Origin: Roseibacillus sp.
Lineage (GTDB): Bacteria; Verrucomicrobiota; Verrucomicrobiia; Verrucomicrobiales; Akkermansiaceae
Reading direction: 5' to 3'
Length of the DNA: 64,000 nucleotides
Assembly: GCA_051251855.1 (NCBI GenBank)
Contig: JBPOGI010000002.1
Coordinates: forward strand, 512,001-576,000
Part shown: positions 33,793-43,842 of the stretch, in pieces
Position numbering within the stretch: position 1 is the stretch's first letter
Layout of the letters: each line of letters opens with the position of its first letter
Program-made: the position numbers and the translations under genes
The notes under the pieces: model-generated
The model's input: only the letters and a program-made list of their open reading frames with translations
What the model was told of the DNA's origin: nothing
Databases searched by the model: none

Positions 33793-35103
33793 CTAGGGGC
33801 GTTGGAGGTCGAGGTATTTGACTTGAGCGACTTCGTTTTTACTGACTTTTTCGCAATCGGGGCCGTAGTAGGCGGCGATTTTGAATTTGCCGCTCTTGAG
33901 GGCCTGTTCGAGGAGATCTTCGGCGGAGAGGCACATGCGGCCTGCTTGTTCGCCGAGCTCGAAGGTGATGCCGGCTTGTCCGTGCCAGCTGCGATAGACG
34001 AGGGCAGTGCAGGCGAGACGGTTGGCTTGGGAAAAGTCGAAGGCGAAGTCGTAGAGCTTACCGACATGGGTGAGAGCTCTCTCCGCTGCGCATTCGCGAA
34101 CTGACGGGCCTGCTTTTGCTCTGAGGACCAAAAAGGCGTCCACGGAGAGGGTCTCGGTGAGCGGGCGGAGTCTGACGCCGTCTTTCTTGGCCTCGACGAC
34201 TTCTCCCTGACCGTTGCCGAGCTCGCCAACGAAAAGGGCGGCATGAGGCCAGAATCCAGGAAGGAAGAGGTTGCTGAGGGCGTCGCGATGGCGCGTGACG
34301 ATGATGTCGCCGGGCTGCAAAATAAGTGATGCTACTTCACAGGGCTCACCAGCGGCACGTTTTGGGAGCTTTCGAAAGCCGGCTGTAGGATCGCGCAGCT
34401 CGGCGACGGTGCGGCCTCCAAACTCGAAGAGCTGGAACATGGTTTGCTCAAAGGTTGTGCGGCGCCGACGACGGAAGGAATGAAGGCGGTAGCGAAGACG
34501 ATGTTTCCAGTATTCACGGCGCCTCGTTTCCATAAAGGGCTCTTCGGCGGCGAGGAGGGTTACGATTTCGCCGAGCTCGGGGTCGTTGTGTAGGTCATGA
34601 ATCTCGGAGCGGTGACGATCGTAGAATTGCCAGGCTTCGTGAAATTTCCACATGCGGCGTACGGAGCTCTGGAGGCGATAGACTTCAGTGAAGGCTTTTC
34701 GAGGGATGTTAAAGCGTGGCTCGGCTTCATCAAGCTTACGGCGAACCACTTTGCGACCCTCGGCCATGCCAATCATGAACAAGCCACTTCGGACAAGAAA
34801 GCAAGCGGCCGTAAATCCGACGATAAAGACGCGCAACTGGTCGTTCCGGTTGAGCTTTTGGCCCATATCTACCCAAGGCTCCATGCGGGCGACCACTCCG
34901 CGAAGGGCCGTTCGGACTTCGAGGTATTGCGCGAAGACTTCGCGGAGGCGCTCATCCTCGTCGGGCTGATAGTAGCCCCGTTCTTGTGCTGCCTCGGCAT
35001 CGGCGATTTCTTGAAGCAGGTTGGTCCGCTTCGGCATCACGGGGACAACTGCGAGTAGGGTATCGCGGCTGCTTTCGATTTCGTGGGCGAGGATTTCGGA
35101 CAT
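33793..35103 (-). CDS. YiiX/YebB-like permuted NlpC/P60 cysteine hydrolase with long helical N-terminus
   Basis: LQPGDIIV, GFWPHAALFVG, VVEA, GKLYDFAFDF, RLACTALVY (His before Cys). Confidence 0.8.
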   Translation of the reverse strand: MSEILAHEIESSRDTLLAVVPVMPKRTNLLQEIADAEAAQERGYYQPDEDERLREVFAQYLEVRTALRGVVARMEPWVDMGQKLNRNDQLRVFIVGFTAACFLVRSGLFMIGMAEGRKVVRRKLDEAEPRFNIPRKAFTEVYRLQSSVRRMWKFHEAWQFYDRHRSEIHDLHNDPELGEIVTLLAAEEPFMETRRREYWKHRLRYRLHSFRRRRRTTFEQTMFQLFEFGGRTVAELRDPTAGFRKLPKRAAGEPCEVASLILQPGDIIVTRHRDALSNLFLPGFWPHAALFVGELGNGQGEVVEAKKDGVRLRPLTETLSVDAFLVLRAKAGPSVRECAAERALTHVGKLYDFAFDFSQANRLACTALVYRSWHGQAGITFELGEQAGRMCLSAEDLLEQALKSGKFKIAAYYGPDCEKVSKNEVAQVKYLDLQRP

Positions 35104-35240
35104 CGGGCTGGGGAACCTTAAAAGAGAATTTCTGGATGCGCAGCCCAAAAAAATCCCGGCGTTGGGGGGATGTAAGAAGGAGGGGCGCTGATCACTTGTT
35201 AAATGTTCCTAACCGAATTTTAGCCCATTTCGCGTCTACC

Positions 35241-36605
35241 CTATTTGGCAAAGAGGTCGTAGCCGCGTTGGTCGGTGATGGTGACATCGGCGAATTCACC
35301 GACGGGCATTTCGAGGGGGACAAATACGCGGCCGTCGATGTCGGGGGCGTCCCACATGCTGCGGGCGATGCCTTCTTCTTCGACGAGAACTTTGGTGGTT
35401 TTGCCCACTTGCTTGTCGTTGACTGTTTGGGCAATTTTGTCGATGGCGCTGGTGAGTTCGCGATGGCGTTTCTTGATGGTCATGTGATGGACGTGACCGT
35501 CGTGCTTATAGGCACGCGTGCCTTCTTCCTTGGAGTATTGAAAAATACCGCACCGCTCGAATTGGAAGGTCTGGATGAATTCTAACAATTCATCGTGATC
35601 AGCTTGAGTTTCATTGGGGAAGCCGGTGATGAAAGTGGTGCGGATGGCGAGATCGGGGATGCCGTCACGCATGCGTTGCAGGAGGTCGCGAATGTATTGA
35701 CCGTCCGTTTTTCGGTTCATCAGCTTGAGCATGTGGTCGCTGATGTGCTGGAGAGGAATATCGACGTAGCGTGCAACTTTGGGGCACTCGGCGATGGTCT
35801 TGATGAGTTCGTCCGACCAGTGAGCAGGGTGGGTGTAAAGAATGCGAATCCAGAAATCGCCTTCGAGTTCGTTGAGGGCCCGCAAGAGGGAGGCGAGGGA
35901 GTCGCCGCGGGTAGAGTCGACGCCGGAGGTAGGGTTGGGGCGTTTGCCGTCCCAGAGGTCCATGCCGAAGTAGGTGGTGTCTTGGGAGATGAGGTTAATT
36001 TCTTTGACGCCGCTGGCGATGAGGCCTTTTGCTTCTTGTACGACCGAGTCTTGAGTGCGGGAGCGGTGTTGGCCTCGGATTTTGGGGATGATACAGAAGG
36101 AGCAGGTGTGGTTGCAGCCTTCGGCAATCTTGAGATACGCCATGTGGTTAGGCGTGAGCCGAAAGCGGGGAGTCTTGTAGTCGGGGATGTAACGTGACTT
36201 GGCGGTGACGGTGTCGATGCTGGCGGAGTCAGCATCCTTTTCGAGAGCCTGGCGGACGATGGAGGTGACGTTTTCGATTTGGTCGAGTCCTATGAAGGCA
36301 TCGACTTCGGGCATGAGGCCGGGGAGGTCTTTTTGAAAGCGTTGAGAGAGGCAGCCGGCGACGAGGATTTTTTGCTTCTGGCGAGCGGGGTCTTTCGCGC
36401 GGTCGTTGACGGCTTCGATGATGGTGCCAACGGATTCATCTTTGGCGACGTCGATGAAGGAGCAGGTGTTGATGATGAGAGCGTCGGCGAGCTCGGGATC
36501 GGGGATGAGGGTCATACCGTCATTCTGGAGATGACCCAGCATGATTTCCGAGTCGATGAGGTTCTTGGCGCAGCCGAGAGAGATGAGTCCGATTTGAGTG
36601 GGCAT
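35241..36605 (-). CDS. rimO: Ribosomal protein S12 methylthiotransferase
   Basis: SLGCAKNLIDSE, INTCSFI, AYLKIAEGCNHTCSFCIIP, YVDIPLQH, DAPDIDG. Confidence 0.96.
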   Translation of the reverse strand: MPTQIGLISLGCAKNLIDSEIMLGHLQNDGMTLIPDPELADALIINTCSFIDVAKDESVGTIIEAVNDRAKDPARQKQKILVAGCLSQRFQKDLPGLMPEVDAFIGLDQIENVTSIVRQALEKDADSASIDTVTAKSRYIPDYKTPRFRLTPNHMAYLKIAEGCNHTCSFCIIPKIRGQHRSRTQDSVVQEAKGLIASGVKEINLISQDTTYFGMDLWDGKRPNPTSGVDSTRGDSLASLLRALNELEGDFWIRILYTHPAHWSDELIKTIAECPKVARYVDIPLQHISDHMLKLMNRKTDGQYIRDLLQRMRDGIPDLAIRTTFITGFPNETQADHDELLEFIQTFQFERCGIFQYSKEEGTRAYKHDGHVHHMTIKKRHRELTSAIDKIAQTVNDKQVGKTTKVLVEEEGIARSMWDAPDIDGRVFVPLEMPVGEFADVTITDQRGYDLFAK

Positions 36606-36624
36606 AAGAGAGGTCTGGGAGGAG

Positions 36625-36705
36625 TTTACCGCAGATGCGTGCGGATGAACGCAGATTTTTTAGGAAAGATCTTCTGGAGTGCGCGCAGTGTGCGGCCGCT
36701 TTTGG
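36625..36705 (+). repeat. Intergenic repeats: ACCGCAGA-type short tandem unit plus GGAG-type REP-like palindrome
   Basis: TTTACCGCAGATGCGTGCGGATGAACGCAGATTTT (related copies at 46666 and 50389) followed by TGGAGTGCGCGCAGTGTGCGGCCGCTTTTGG. Confidence 0.55.
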
Positions 36706-36827
36706 GGGGCGAAGAGGGTGTTCTTTGCCGTTCCTGGGAAGAATTCAGCTGCTGTAGGCTCGACCGCTGAAAGCCTGAGAGTAGGCTAGGTTGGCTTGGA
36801 GCAGCAAGCTGCGCATACCCCAAAATG

Positions 36828-36863
36828 AAAAACCGGCCAACCTTGAGAGGTTGCCGGTTTTTT
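36828..36863 (-). terminator. Rho-independent (possibly bidirectional) terminator
   Basis: AAAAACCGGCCAACCT...AGGTTGCCGGTTTTTT downstream of 36888. Confidence 0.75.
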
Positions 36864-36887
36864 GAAGAGTTCGAAGTTTGAGGCTTC

Positions 36888-37148
36888 TTAGAAGCTCTGC
36901 ATGATGCCCTTGAGAGAGCGGACGTTCCAAGCTGCATCGCGGACGTCACCGACAGTGTTGACGGCGTTACGGCGTTTCATGGACTCGGTGCGAACGTTGT
37001 CCTGCTGGATGTAGTTCTGCTTGCCTGATTGCTTGAATTCAGCGTCAGAGATGACGCCGTCACCATTGAGGTCGGCGACAGAAGCATTGTTCATGGAAGC
37101 GCAGCTCGCGAGAGCTGCAACGGGAACGAGTAGAAGTAGTTTTTTCAT
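36888..37148 (-). CDS. Small lipoprotein with EF-hand-like loop
   Basis: MKKLLLLVPVAALASC lipobox; DLNGDGVISDAE. Confidence 0.8.
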   Translation of the reverse strand: MKKLLLLVPVAALASCASMNNASVADLNGDGVISDAEFKQSGKQNYIQQDNVRTESMKRRNAVNTVGDVRDAAWNVRSLKGIMQSF

Positions 37149-37196
37149 CTTAATTCGTAGGTTGTTGTAGTTTGAGTGAGTGATAGCGGTATTTTT

Positions 37197-37403
37197 TTAC
37201 CGGAGTCCACCTCCGTAGAAGGGACCAAAGCGGGCGTCGTAGCCTTGAACTCCGGTTGGGTTAGGAGTGGGGGTGACGGGCGCTTGGCGTTCAACTTCTT
37301 CGACGTTGACGCGAGGGGTCATTTGTCCAATCCCGTTGTGGCTAGCACATGAGACCAAGCCGAGAACGGCGAGACTAGATAGAATGAGGAATGTCTTTTT
37401 CAT
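37197..37403 (-). CDS. Small lipoprotein
   Basis: MKKTFLILSSLAVLGLVSC lipobox; 68 aa. Confidence 0.7.
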   Translation of the reverse strand: MKKTFLILSSLAVLGLVSCASHNGIGQMTPRVNVEEVERQAPVTPTPNPTGVQGYDARFGPFYGGGLR

Positions 37404-37462
37404 TGTCACTATGAGGTTAGACACTGAAACCGGAGTTCGTCGATGGTGTTTTCGAAAAAAAC

Positions 37463-39079
37463 TTAGAATCTTCTGAGAACAGTGTCGCGCTGATAGCTTT
37501 CGCGAGGCTCTGGATAATCGAGAGTGTAGTGAATTCCGCGTGATTCTTTGCGGCGAATAGCGCAGTCAATGATGAGGGAAGCGCAGGCGACAAGGTTTCG
37601 GAGCTCGAGGATGTCGGGATTGACGCGATGTCCCCAATAGAATTCACGAACTTCTTTTTTGAGATTGCGCAGACGGGTGGAGGCGCGGCGAAGGCGGTTG
37701 TCGGTGCGGACAATAGAGACGTAGTCCTGCATAGTGCGACGGAGCTCGTCCCAGTTGTGATAAATGTTGACGAGCTCGTCGGGGGGGGCGGTGTCGCCAT
37801 ATTCCCAGTCGGGAATGTCGGGCGCGGGCAGAGTATCTTTGCCGGGGGCGTAGAGGCGGAGAATCTCGGCGAGGGCGCGGCGGGCCATGACGTTTCCTTC
37901 TAACAGGCTGTTGGAGGCAAGTCGGTTGGCGCCGTGGAGTCCGGTGCAGGCCACTTCGCCGATGGCGAAAAGTCCTCGGATGGTGGTCTTGCCTTCGATG
38001 TCGGTTTGAACGCCGCCGCATTGGTAGTGGGCCGCAGGGACAACGGGGATGGGGTCCTGAGTGGCATCGTGACCGAAGTCTAACAGGGTCTTGTGGATGA
38101 AGGGGAAGCGCTCGGAGAAGTGTTCGCCGAGTGGTCGCACATCAAGAAAGACGCAGGGGGCTCCGGTTCTTTTGAGTTCGTGGTCAATGGCGCGGGCGAC
38201 GATGTCGCGGGGAGCGAGGGAGCCACGTGGGTCGTGGTCTTTGACGAACTCGTGACCCTCGGCATTGATAAGCTTGGCGCCTTCGCCGCGGACGGCTTCG
38301 GAGACGAGGAAGGAGCGGGCTTCGGGGCCGGTGGCGCCGGGGTTGTAGAAACAGGTGGGGTGAAATTGGACGAACTCCATGTTGGCGATGGAGGCTCCAG
38401 CGCGCCAAGCCATGGCGAGTCCATCACCGGTCGCGGAGTCGGGGTTGGTGGTGTAAAGGTAAGTCTTTCCGCAACCGCCAGTAGCGAGGACGACGCGATC
38501 GGAGCGGTAAATTTTGACTTCGCCGGTTTCTTTGTTGAGAACGTAGGCACCGAGTACGCGATCTTCGGTGGCAGAGCCGAGCTTGGCGGTTGTGACGAGG
38601 TCGATGGCGAAGTGGTCTTCTAGGAGAGTGATGTTGGGCGTATTGCGGGCGGTCTCGACGAGGGACTCGGCGATTTCGCGGCCGGTGGTGTCTTTGGCGT
38701 GAAGGATGCGGCGGGCGGAGTGGCCTCCTTCTTTGCCGAGGGAGAAACGGGTGGGGTCTTGTTCGTCGCGGTCGAATTCCGTGCCCCAAGCGACGAGTTC
38801 CTCGATGGTTTCGGCAGCTTCTTCGAGGATGGTGCGGGTGGCGTCTTCGTCACAAAGGCCACCCCCAGCATCAAGGGTGTCGGCGAGGTGCTTCTCGAGG
38901 GAGTCTCCGGGTTCGCGGAGTTCGGGGGGCAATAGCGCCGAGATGCCTCCTTGGGCCCAGGCGGTGTTGGAGTTGAGGAGTTTTCCTTTCGTGATGACGG
39001 TGACGGAACCGTGCTCGGCGGCCTTGATGGCAAAGGAAAGGCCCGCAATACCGGAGCCGAGGACAAGAAAATCGGTCAT
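37463..39079 (-). CDS. nadB: L-aspartate oxidase
   Basis: GSGIAGL, NTAWAQGGI, EGGHS.RRILH.KDTTG, QFHPT, SEAVRGEG, GLHGANRLASNSLLE, ESRGIH. Confidence 0.96.
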   Translation of the reverse strand: MTDFLVLGSGIAGLSFAIKAAEHGSVTVITKGKLLNSNTAWAQGGISALLPPELREPGDSLEKHLADTLDAGGGLCDEDATRTILEEAAETIEELVAWGTEFDRDEQDPTRFSLGKEGGHSARRILHAKDTTGREIAESLVETARNTPNITLLEDHFAIDLVTTAKLGSATEDRVLGAYVLNKETGEVKIYRSDRVVLATGGCGKTYLYTTNPDSATGDGLAMAWRAGASIANMEFVQFHPTCFYNPGATGPEARSFLVSEAVRGEGAKLINAEGHEFVKDHDPRGSLAPRDIVARAIDHELKRTGAPCVFLDVRPLGEHFSERFPFIHKTLLDFGHDATQDPIPVVPAAHYQCGGVQTDIEGKTTIRGLFAIGEVACTGLHGANRLASNSLLEGNVMARRALAEILRLYAPGKDTLPAPDIPDWEYGDTAPPDELVNIYHNWDELRRTMQDYVSIVRTDNRLRRASTRLRNLKKEVREFYWGHRVNPDILELRNLVACASLIIDCAIRRKESRGIHYTLDYPEPRESYQRDTVLRRF

Positions 39080-39205
39080 GGAGTGAGACAAGGGTCTACT
39101 TTAACCGATTTTTGAAAAAAGGAAGAGGGAAGAATTTGCGATAGGAATTGTACGATTTGCCTGAATGAGGGGGGCTTCTGTGAGCGAAAAAGTCCTCTTG
39201 CCGTC

Positions 39206-39826
39206 CTACGAGGGGGTGTCTGCGATTTCAAAGTCGCCAAAGTCGATGGAAACTTCCACGCCATTGAGTTGTGTTTGGCGATAGAACTGCCCAGTGCTCG
39301 CTGTTTCGAAGGTGAGCCGAATCTGTTCAACAGTGCCATCAGTCAGAGTGCGCAGGATGGTTGATGAGGAGTGGAATTCCTTGAAGTATCCATAGCTGAA
39401 AGTGGCTACTACGGGACCTTCGAGTTCGGTGAGATTTCCGCTGGTCGTGGTGAGGAAGTCGCTTTCTTGAAAAGTTTCATAGGAAAGTGGCTCGGGGAAG
39501 TTGAAGACAAGCTCTTTGAGGGAGAGCCGTTTGCCCAAGAGGGTGGGGGGAGCCGCTGCCTGTGGCGGAGCGGTTGTTTCAATCACGCGATGAAAGGTCT
39601 GTGGGTTGCTGAAAAAACGTGCGGACCTGTATTCCCGATCACTGCCTTCGATTGCGAAGCTGAACCAATTCTCCATGTCCGGGGAGCTTTGTAACAAGTA
39701 GAACTTACCTTCCTCCATTTGAAAGCTCAGTTCGTAGGCTGGAGCAATGGTGAGTTCGATTTCTTCATCAGCATTGACTAGATGGGAGGCCGTGAGGAGG
39801 AAGAGGAGCCAATACTTCATGTTCAT
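39206..39826 (-). CDS. Secreted hypothetical protein
   Basis: Signal peptide MKYWLLFLLTASHLVNA; contains FYLLQSSPDMENW...FHRV module. Confidence 0.7.
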   Translation of the reverse strand: MNMKYWLLFLLTASHLVNADEEIELTIAPAYELSFQMEEGKFYLLQSSPDMENWFSFAIEGSDREYRSARFFSNPQTFHRVIETTAPPQAAAPPTLLGKRLSLKELVFNFPEPLSYETFQESDFLTTTSGNLTELEGPVVATFSYGYFKEFHSSSTILRTLTDGTVEQIRLTFETASTGQFYRQTQLNGVEVSIDFGDFEIADTPS

Positions 39827-39971
39827 CGCTAGCTCTTTTAGCAGGAAGGGAACGGCGATGAAAGAAGTCTCAGGGGCCCTTTGGAAAGATGGCGCCGGAG
39901 CCGTGCGGGGCAATTTAGGAGAACGTCGAATTGTTTAGGAGAGCGGTGTGGAGTCTGCTGGTATTGCGGCG

Positions 39972-40970
39972 ATGAAAGTGGCTGTTTTTGATACAAAACC
40001 GTATGATCGTGAGTTCCTCGGCAAACGTGGAGTTGGCATCGACTGGGATTTTCGTGAAAGTCGGCTCCGCTCGGAAACGGCGGCATTGGCAGAGGGGTGC
40101 GAAGCGGTTTGTGTTTTTGTCAATGATCGGGTGGATGGGGATTGTTTAGCGGCTCTCGCTGAAAAGCAGGTGAGGCATGTTGCTTTGCGCTGCGCGGGAT
40201 TCAACAACGTTGATTTGGAGGCGGCGGTGAGACTTGGAATCACGGTGTCACGAGTGCCCGCCTATTCTCCTCATGCCGTGGCGGAGCATACGGTGGCTTT
40301 GTTGATGACTCTGAATCGGCGAATTCACCGAGCCTATAACCGAGTGCGTGAACACGATTTTTCGCTGGTTGGTCTGGTGGGGTTCGATTTGTTCAAAAAG
40401 ACGGTCGGGATTATTGGAGCTGGAAAAATTGGCCGAATCACGGCGGAAATCTTCCGGGGCTTCGGGTGCAAGGTGGTTGTATACGACCCTTATTTGGATG
40501 AGGGATGGGCGCAAAAAAACTTAGTAGAAGGGGTGTCCTTGAACAAGCTCTTGGCGGTGTCAGACGTGGTGTCGTTGCACTTGCCGCTGACTGAGGAGAC
40601 TTTTCACCTCATTGATGAAGCCGCGTTAGCTCGTATGAAGAAGGGGAGCTACTTACTCAATACCGGGCGGGGGAAGCTGGTGGATAGCAAAGCGCTTATT
40701 GCAGCGCTTAAAAGTAAACATCTGGGAGGAGTGGCTTTGGATGTTTATGAGGAGGAGGAAGGAATTTTCTTTGAGGACCTGTCGGATACCATTCTTGAAG
40801 ATGATCGATTGGGGCGCTTGCTCACCTTTCCGAATGTTCTGCTGACTTCGCATCAGGGATTTCTGACAACGGAGGCTCTGAGTGAGATTGCCGAAGTGAC
40901 TTGCGACAATTTCGAGCGGCTCGGGCGAGGGGAGTCTCTGATTGAGGGGACCGAAGTGACACCTTCTTGA
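39972..40970 (+). CDS. ldhA: D-lactate dehydrogenase-like 2-hydroxyacid dehydrogenase
   Basis: ALRCAGFNNVDL, RVPAYSPHAVAEH, GAGKIG, NTGRG, LDVYEEE, NVLLTSHQGF. Confidence 0.92.
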   Translation: MKVAVFDTKPYDREFLGKRGVGIDWDFRESRLRSETAALAEGCEAVCVFVNDRVDGDCLAALAEKQVRHVALRCAGFNNVDLEAAVRLGITVSRVPAYSPHAVAEHTVALLMTLNRRIHRAYNRVREHDFSLVGLVGFDLFKKTVGIIGAGKIGRITAEIFRGFGCKVVVYDPYLDEGWAQKNLVEGVSLNKLLAVSDVVSLHLPLTEETFHLIDEAALARMKKGSYLLNTGRGKLVDSKALIAALKSKHLGGVALDVYEEEEGIFFEDLSDTILEDDRLGRLLTFPNVLLTSHQGFLTTEALSEIAEVTCDNFERLGRGESLIEGTEVTPS

Positions 40971-41008
40971 GACTGAGAGGGGTCGGGGGACTCGCAGGTG
41001 GGCAAAGG

Positions 41009-41044
41009 AAACCCGCCGTGGAATGAACCAAGGCGGGTTATTTT
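41009..41044. terminator. Hairpin/terminator between convergent ldhA and tRNA-Lys
   Basis: AACCCGCC...GGCGGGTT followed by ATTTT. Confidence 0.55.
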
Positions 41045-41049
41045 GGAAG

Positions 41050-41122
41050 TACGTGGACTGGGATTCGAACCCAGGACCAATTGGTTAAAAGCCAACTGCT
41101 CTACCAACTGAGCTACCCACGC
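41050..41122 (-). tRNA. tRNA-Lys(UUU)
   Basis: GCGTGGGTAGCTCAGTTGGTAGAGCAGTTGGCTTTTAACCAATTGGTCCTGGGTTCGAATCCCAGTCCACGTA folds as a cloverleaf with anticodon TTT; CCA not encoded. Confidence 0.96.
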
Positions 41123-41248
41123 ATGTTGGTTGTTTTTTTCCCGTCCGGTGAGGGGCGGGCGGGAGCCTTAAAGTCTGTCAGGGAACGATGCAAGGGAATT
41201 TTGAAGCGATTTCTTGGAAATTTCGACATTCTTACACTTGGCCGCTGT

Positions 41249-42745
41249 CTAGGAGGGGTTGAGGCCAAGAGTGGCGTCGGCGTGGGTCCGGAGTTGGTGG
41301 TAGGTATCAGGAGCGCTGGCGAGGTCGGTGCCGTAGCTGGGAACCATTTCCTTAAGCTTGGCTTGCCACTCGGGAAGGCGGTGGGAGAAGGCCTTCTCGA
41401 TGAGCTCGAGCATGATGTTGACGGCGGTGGAGGCTCCGGGGGAGGCTCCGAGTAGGGCGGCGAGGGAGCCGTCAGCAGCGACAATGGTTTCGGTGCCGAA
41501 TTGAAGGACGCCGCCCTTGTAGTCGTCGGATTTGATGACTTGGACGCGTTGGCCGGCGGTGACGAGGCGCCAGTTTTTGAGTTCGGCATCAGGGAAGAAC
41601 TCTTGCAGGGCTTCGAGGCGGTCTTCAGGAGACTGAAGACACTGCTCGATGAGGTATTTGGTGAGGTCGAGGTTATTGGCTCCGACGGCAAGCATGGGGG
41701 TGAGGTTGGAGAGCTTGACCGAGCTGGGGAGGTCGAGGATGGAGCCGGTTTTGAGGAACTTGGGGGAAAATCCAGCGAAGGGGCCGAAGAGGAGGGAGCG
41801 CTTGCCATCGATGACGCGGGTGTCGAGGTGGGGGACGGACATGGGCGGGGCGCCTACGGCGGCTTTACCGTAGACTTTGGCCTGGTGCTTGTTGACGACA
41901 TCGGGGTTGTCGCAGACGAGGAATTGGCCGCTTACGGGGAAACCTCCAAAGCCTTTTCCTTCTTTGATTTTCGATTTTTGGAGGAGGGGTAGGGAGGCTC
42001 CGCCTGCTCCGACGAAGACGAAGGGGGTGTCGATGGTGCGGTCGATGCCTTTGGTGAGGTTGCGGACTTCGACACGCCAGCGCCCGTCTTTTTGGCGCTC
42101 AAGGTCTTTCACGATGTGATGGGTGGCGAGGCGGATGTCGTCTTGGGCATCGAGGTATTCGACGAGGTTCTCAGTAAGGGCTCCGAAGTTGACGTCGGTG
42201 CCAGTCTTGACGCGGGTAGCGGCGACGACGTCGTCGTGGTCACGGCCTTCTAACAGGAGAGGAGCCCACTCGGCGATGACCTCGGGGTCGTCGCTGTATT
42301 CCATCTCGGAGAAGAAGTGATGGGACTTCATGGTCTCGTAGCGGCGCTTGAGATACTGGCGGTTCTCGTCGCCCCACACGAAGCTCATGTGTGGAATGGG
42401 TTGAATGAATTGTTCGGGCTTGGGGAGAACGCCGGCGTGGGTGAGGAAGGACCAGAATTGCTTGGACTGCTCGAAGGCTTCGTTGATGTCGAGAGCTTTG
42501 GAGATGTCGACGCTGCCGTCGTCGTTTTGCTTGGTGTAGTTCAGCTCGCAGAGCGCGGCGTGACCGGTGCCAGCATTGTTCCAAGGGTTGGAGCTTTCCT
42601 TGGCGACTTCGGCGAGGGCTTCGACGATCTGAATTTTGAGGGTGGGGTCGAGCTGGTGGAGGAGGACTCCCAAGGTTGCGCTCATTACTCCACCGCCGAT
42701 GAGAACGACATCGGCTTCTGCCATCGTTGCGACTCTTTCTTCCAT
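41249..42745 (-). CDS. mqo: Malate:quinone oxidoreductase
   Basis: IGGGVMSATLG, ESSNPWNNAGTGHAALCELNYT, GAPPMSVPHLDTR, AGQRVQVIK, LLGASPGAST. Confidence 0.97.
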   Translation of the reverse strand: MEERVATMAEADVVLIGGGVMSATLGVLLHQLDPTLKIQIVEALAEVAKESSNPWNNAGTGHAALCELNYTKQNDDGSVDISKALDINEAFEQSKQFWSFLTHAGVLPKPEQFIQPIPHMSFVWGDENRQYLKRRYETMKSHHFFSEMEYSDDPEVIAEWAPLLLEGRDHDDVVAATRVKTGTDVNFGALTENLVEYLDAQDDIRLATHHIVKDLERQKDGRWRVEVRNLTKGIDRTIDTPFVFVGAGGASLPLLQKSKIKEGKGFGGFPVSGQFLVCDNPDVVNKHQAKVYGKAAVGAPPMSVPHLDTRVIDGKRSLLFGPFAGFSPKFLKTGSILDLPSSVKLSNLTPMLAVGANNLDLTKYLIEQCLQSPEDRLEALQEFFPDAELKNWRLVTAGQRVQVIKSDDYKGGVLQFGTETIVAADGSLAALLGASPGASTAVNIMLELIEKAFSHRLPEWQAKLKEMVPSYGTDLASAPDTYHQLRTHADATLGLNPS

Positions 42746-42841
42746 GAGCTTGGCGTCCCTTAGGTCGTTGGTTCTGTCAACAATTTGCCGATATCAATTC
42801 GGACTTTGTGTTCTTTTTGGGGGTGGAATAGGGTGCTGGTG

Positions 42842-43744
42842 GTGAATGAGCGTTTGAAGAATTTGTTGGAGAAGGCGAAGTCGGCTGGTGACTTGGCGGA
42901 AGGTCTCGCGAAGGAGGGAATCCAGAACGTGAGTAGTGCTTGGCAAGGGGTGGGCTTGTTTCGGTCGTTGTCGGCGCTTTCGGTGGCGGACCTAGAGAAG
43001 GATGAGACTCATTATTTGCTCATTCCTTTTTTCGGGGAGGAAGCTGGGGCGAGTCACTTTGTTTTGTTTTCTAAGCGGGTGATTCCTGAGGGCTATGGGG
43101 CGACGAATTCTTTGCCGAAAGAGCGGATTTTTCATTTGCCGGATTTGAGTGCTGAGGAGCGCTTGCGAGAGCAATTGACTTCAGCCTTTGCTGATTCAAG
43201 TAGGAAGGAGCAAGACGCGGGGGCGGGGTTGGCGGATCGATTGGAAGCGCTTGCGGAGCAGGTGGATCGGGAGACGGAGAAGTTGAGCGGCGGTTTCCTA
43301 TTGGTGGGAGGGCTCACTACGCTTCTCAATCCGATTGCGGGTGTGGGGATGATCGCAGGCGGAATTTTGCCGGCGATTACAGGAAAGTTGGCGAAATCGG
43401 GGGCGGCGGCCGCTGGAGACCAGTTGCGTGATTGGTCTGAGAAGAGGGCGCATAAGAAGAAGGAGAAGGCGGCCCGTGGAGAGGTGGCGAAGTTGAAGCC
43501 TCGAGTCTTTGTGAATCCGATTTTGAAGGTGTTGGAGGCTGCTTTGACGAACCCGACGGGGAGGGAGGACCCCTTGTTAGAGGGGAAGGGGTTGAACGAG
43601 GGCTTTCCGAATCATCGCTATCTTGCGGTGACGGCGGAGGGCGTTGCAGGGGTGTATGAGGATGTTTTGAAGAACAGCAGGGGGTCGTTGACTCCGGCGA
43701 TGAGGGCTTGGTTGGGGTCTTTGACTGAAGTGAGTGAGGGATGA
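42842..43744 (+). CDS. Hypothetical protein with central hydrophobic hairpin
   Basis: About 300-aa ORF with plus-strand codon bias; start uncertain. Confidence 0.7.
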   Translation: MNERLKNLLEKAKSAGDLAEGLAKEGIQNVSSAWQGVGLFRSLSALSVADLEKDETHYLLIPFFGEEAGASHFVLFSKRVIPEGYGATNSLPKERIFHLPDLSAEERLREQLTSAFADSSRKEQDAGAGLADRLEALAEQVDRETEKLSGGFLLVGGLTTLLNPIAGVGMIAGGILPAITGKLAKSGAAAAGDQLRDWSEKRAHKKKEKAARGEVAKLKPRVFVNPILKVLEAALTNPTGREDPLLEGKGLNEGFPNHRYLAVTAEGVAGVYEDVLKNSRGSLTPAMRAWLGSLTEVSEG

Positions 43745-43842
43745 ACCTGCGGTAGCGGCGTCTCGGCGAGGCATCTCCCCCCGTGGTCCATTTTCCGCAA
43801 TTCCGGCTTTTGTGGGGAGGGTGTAGGCTTTAGCTTGGGGCC

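Noticed and set aside
41050..41122. tRNA-Lys as boundary of an intact integrated element
   Set aside because: Flanked by housekeeping ldhA and mqo; no integrase and no direct repeat of the tRNA 3' end seen.
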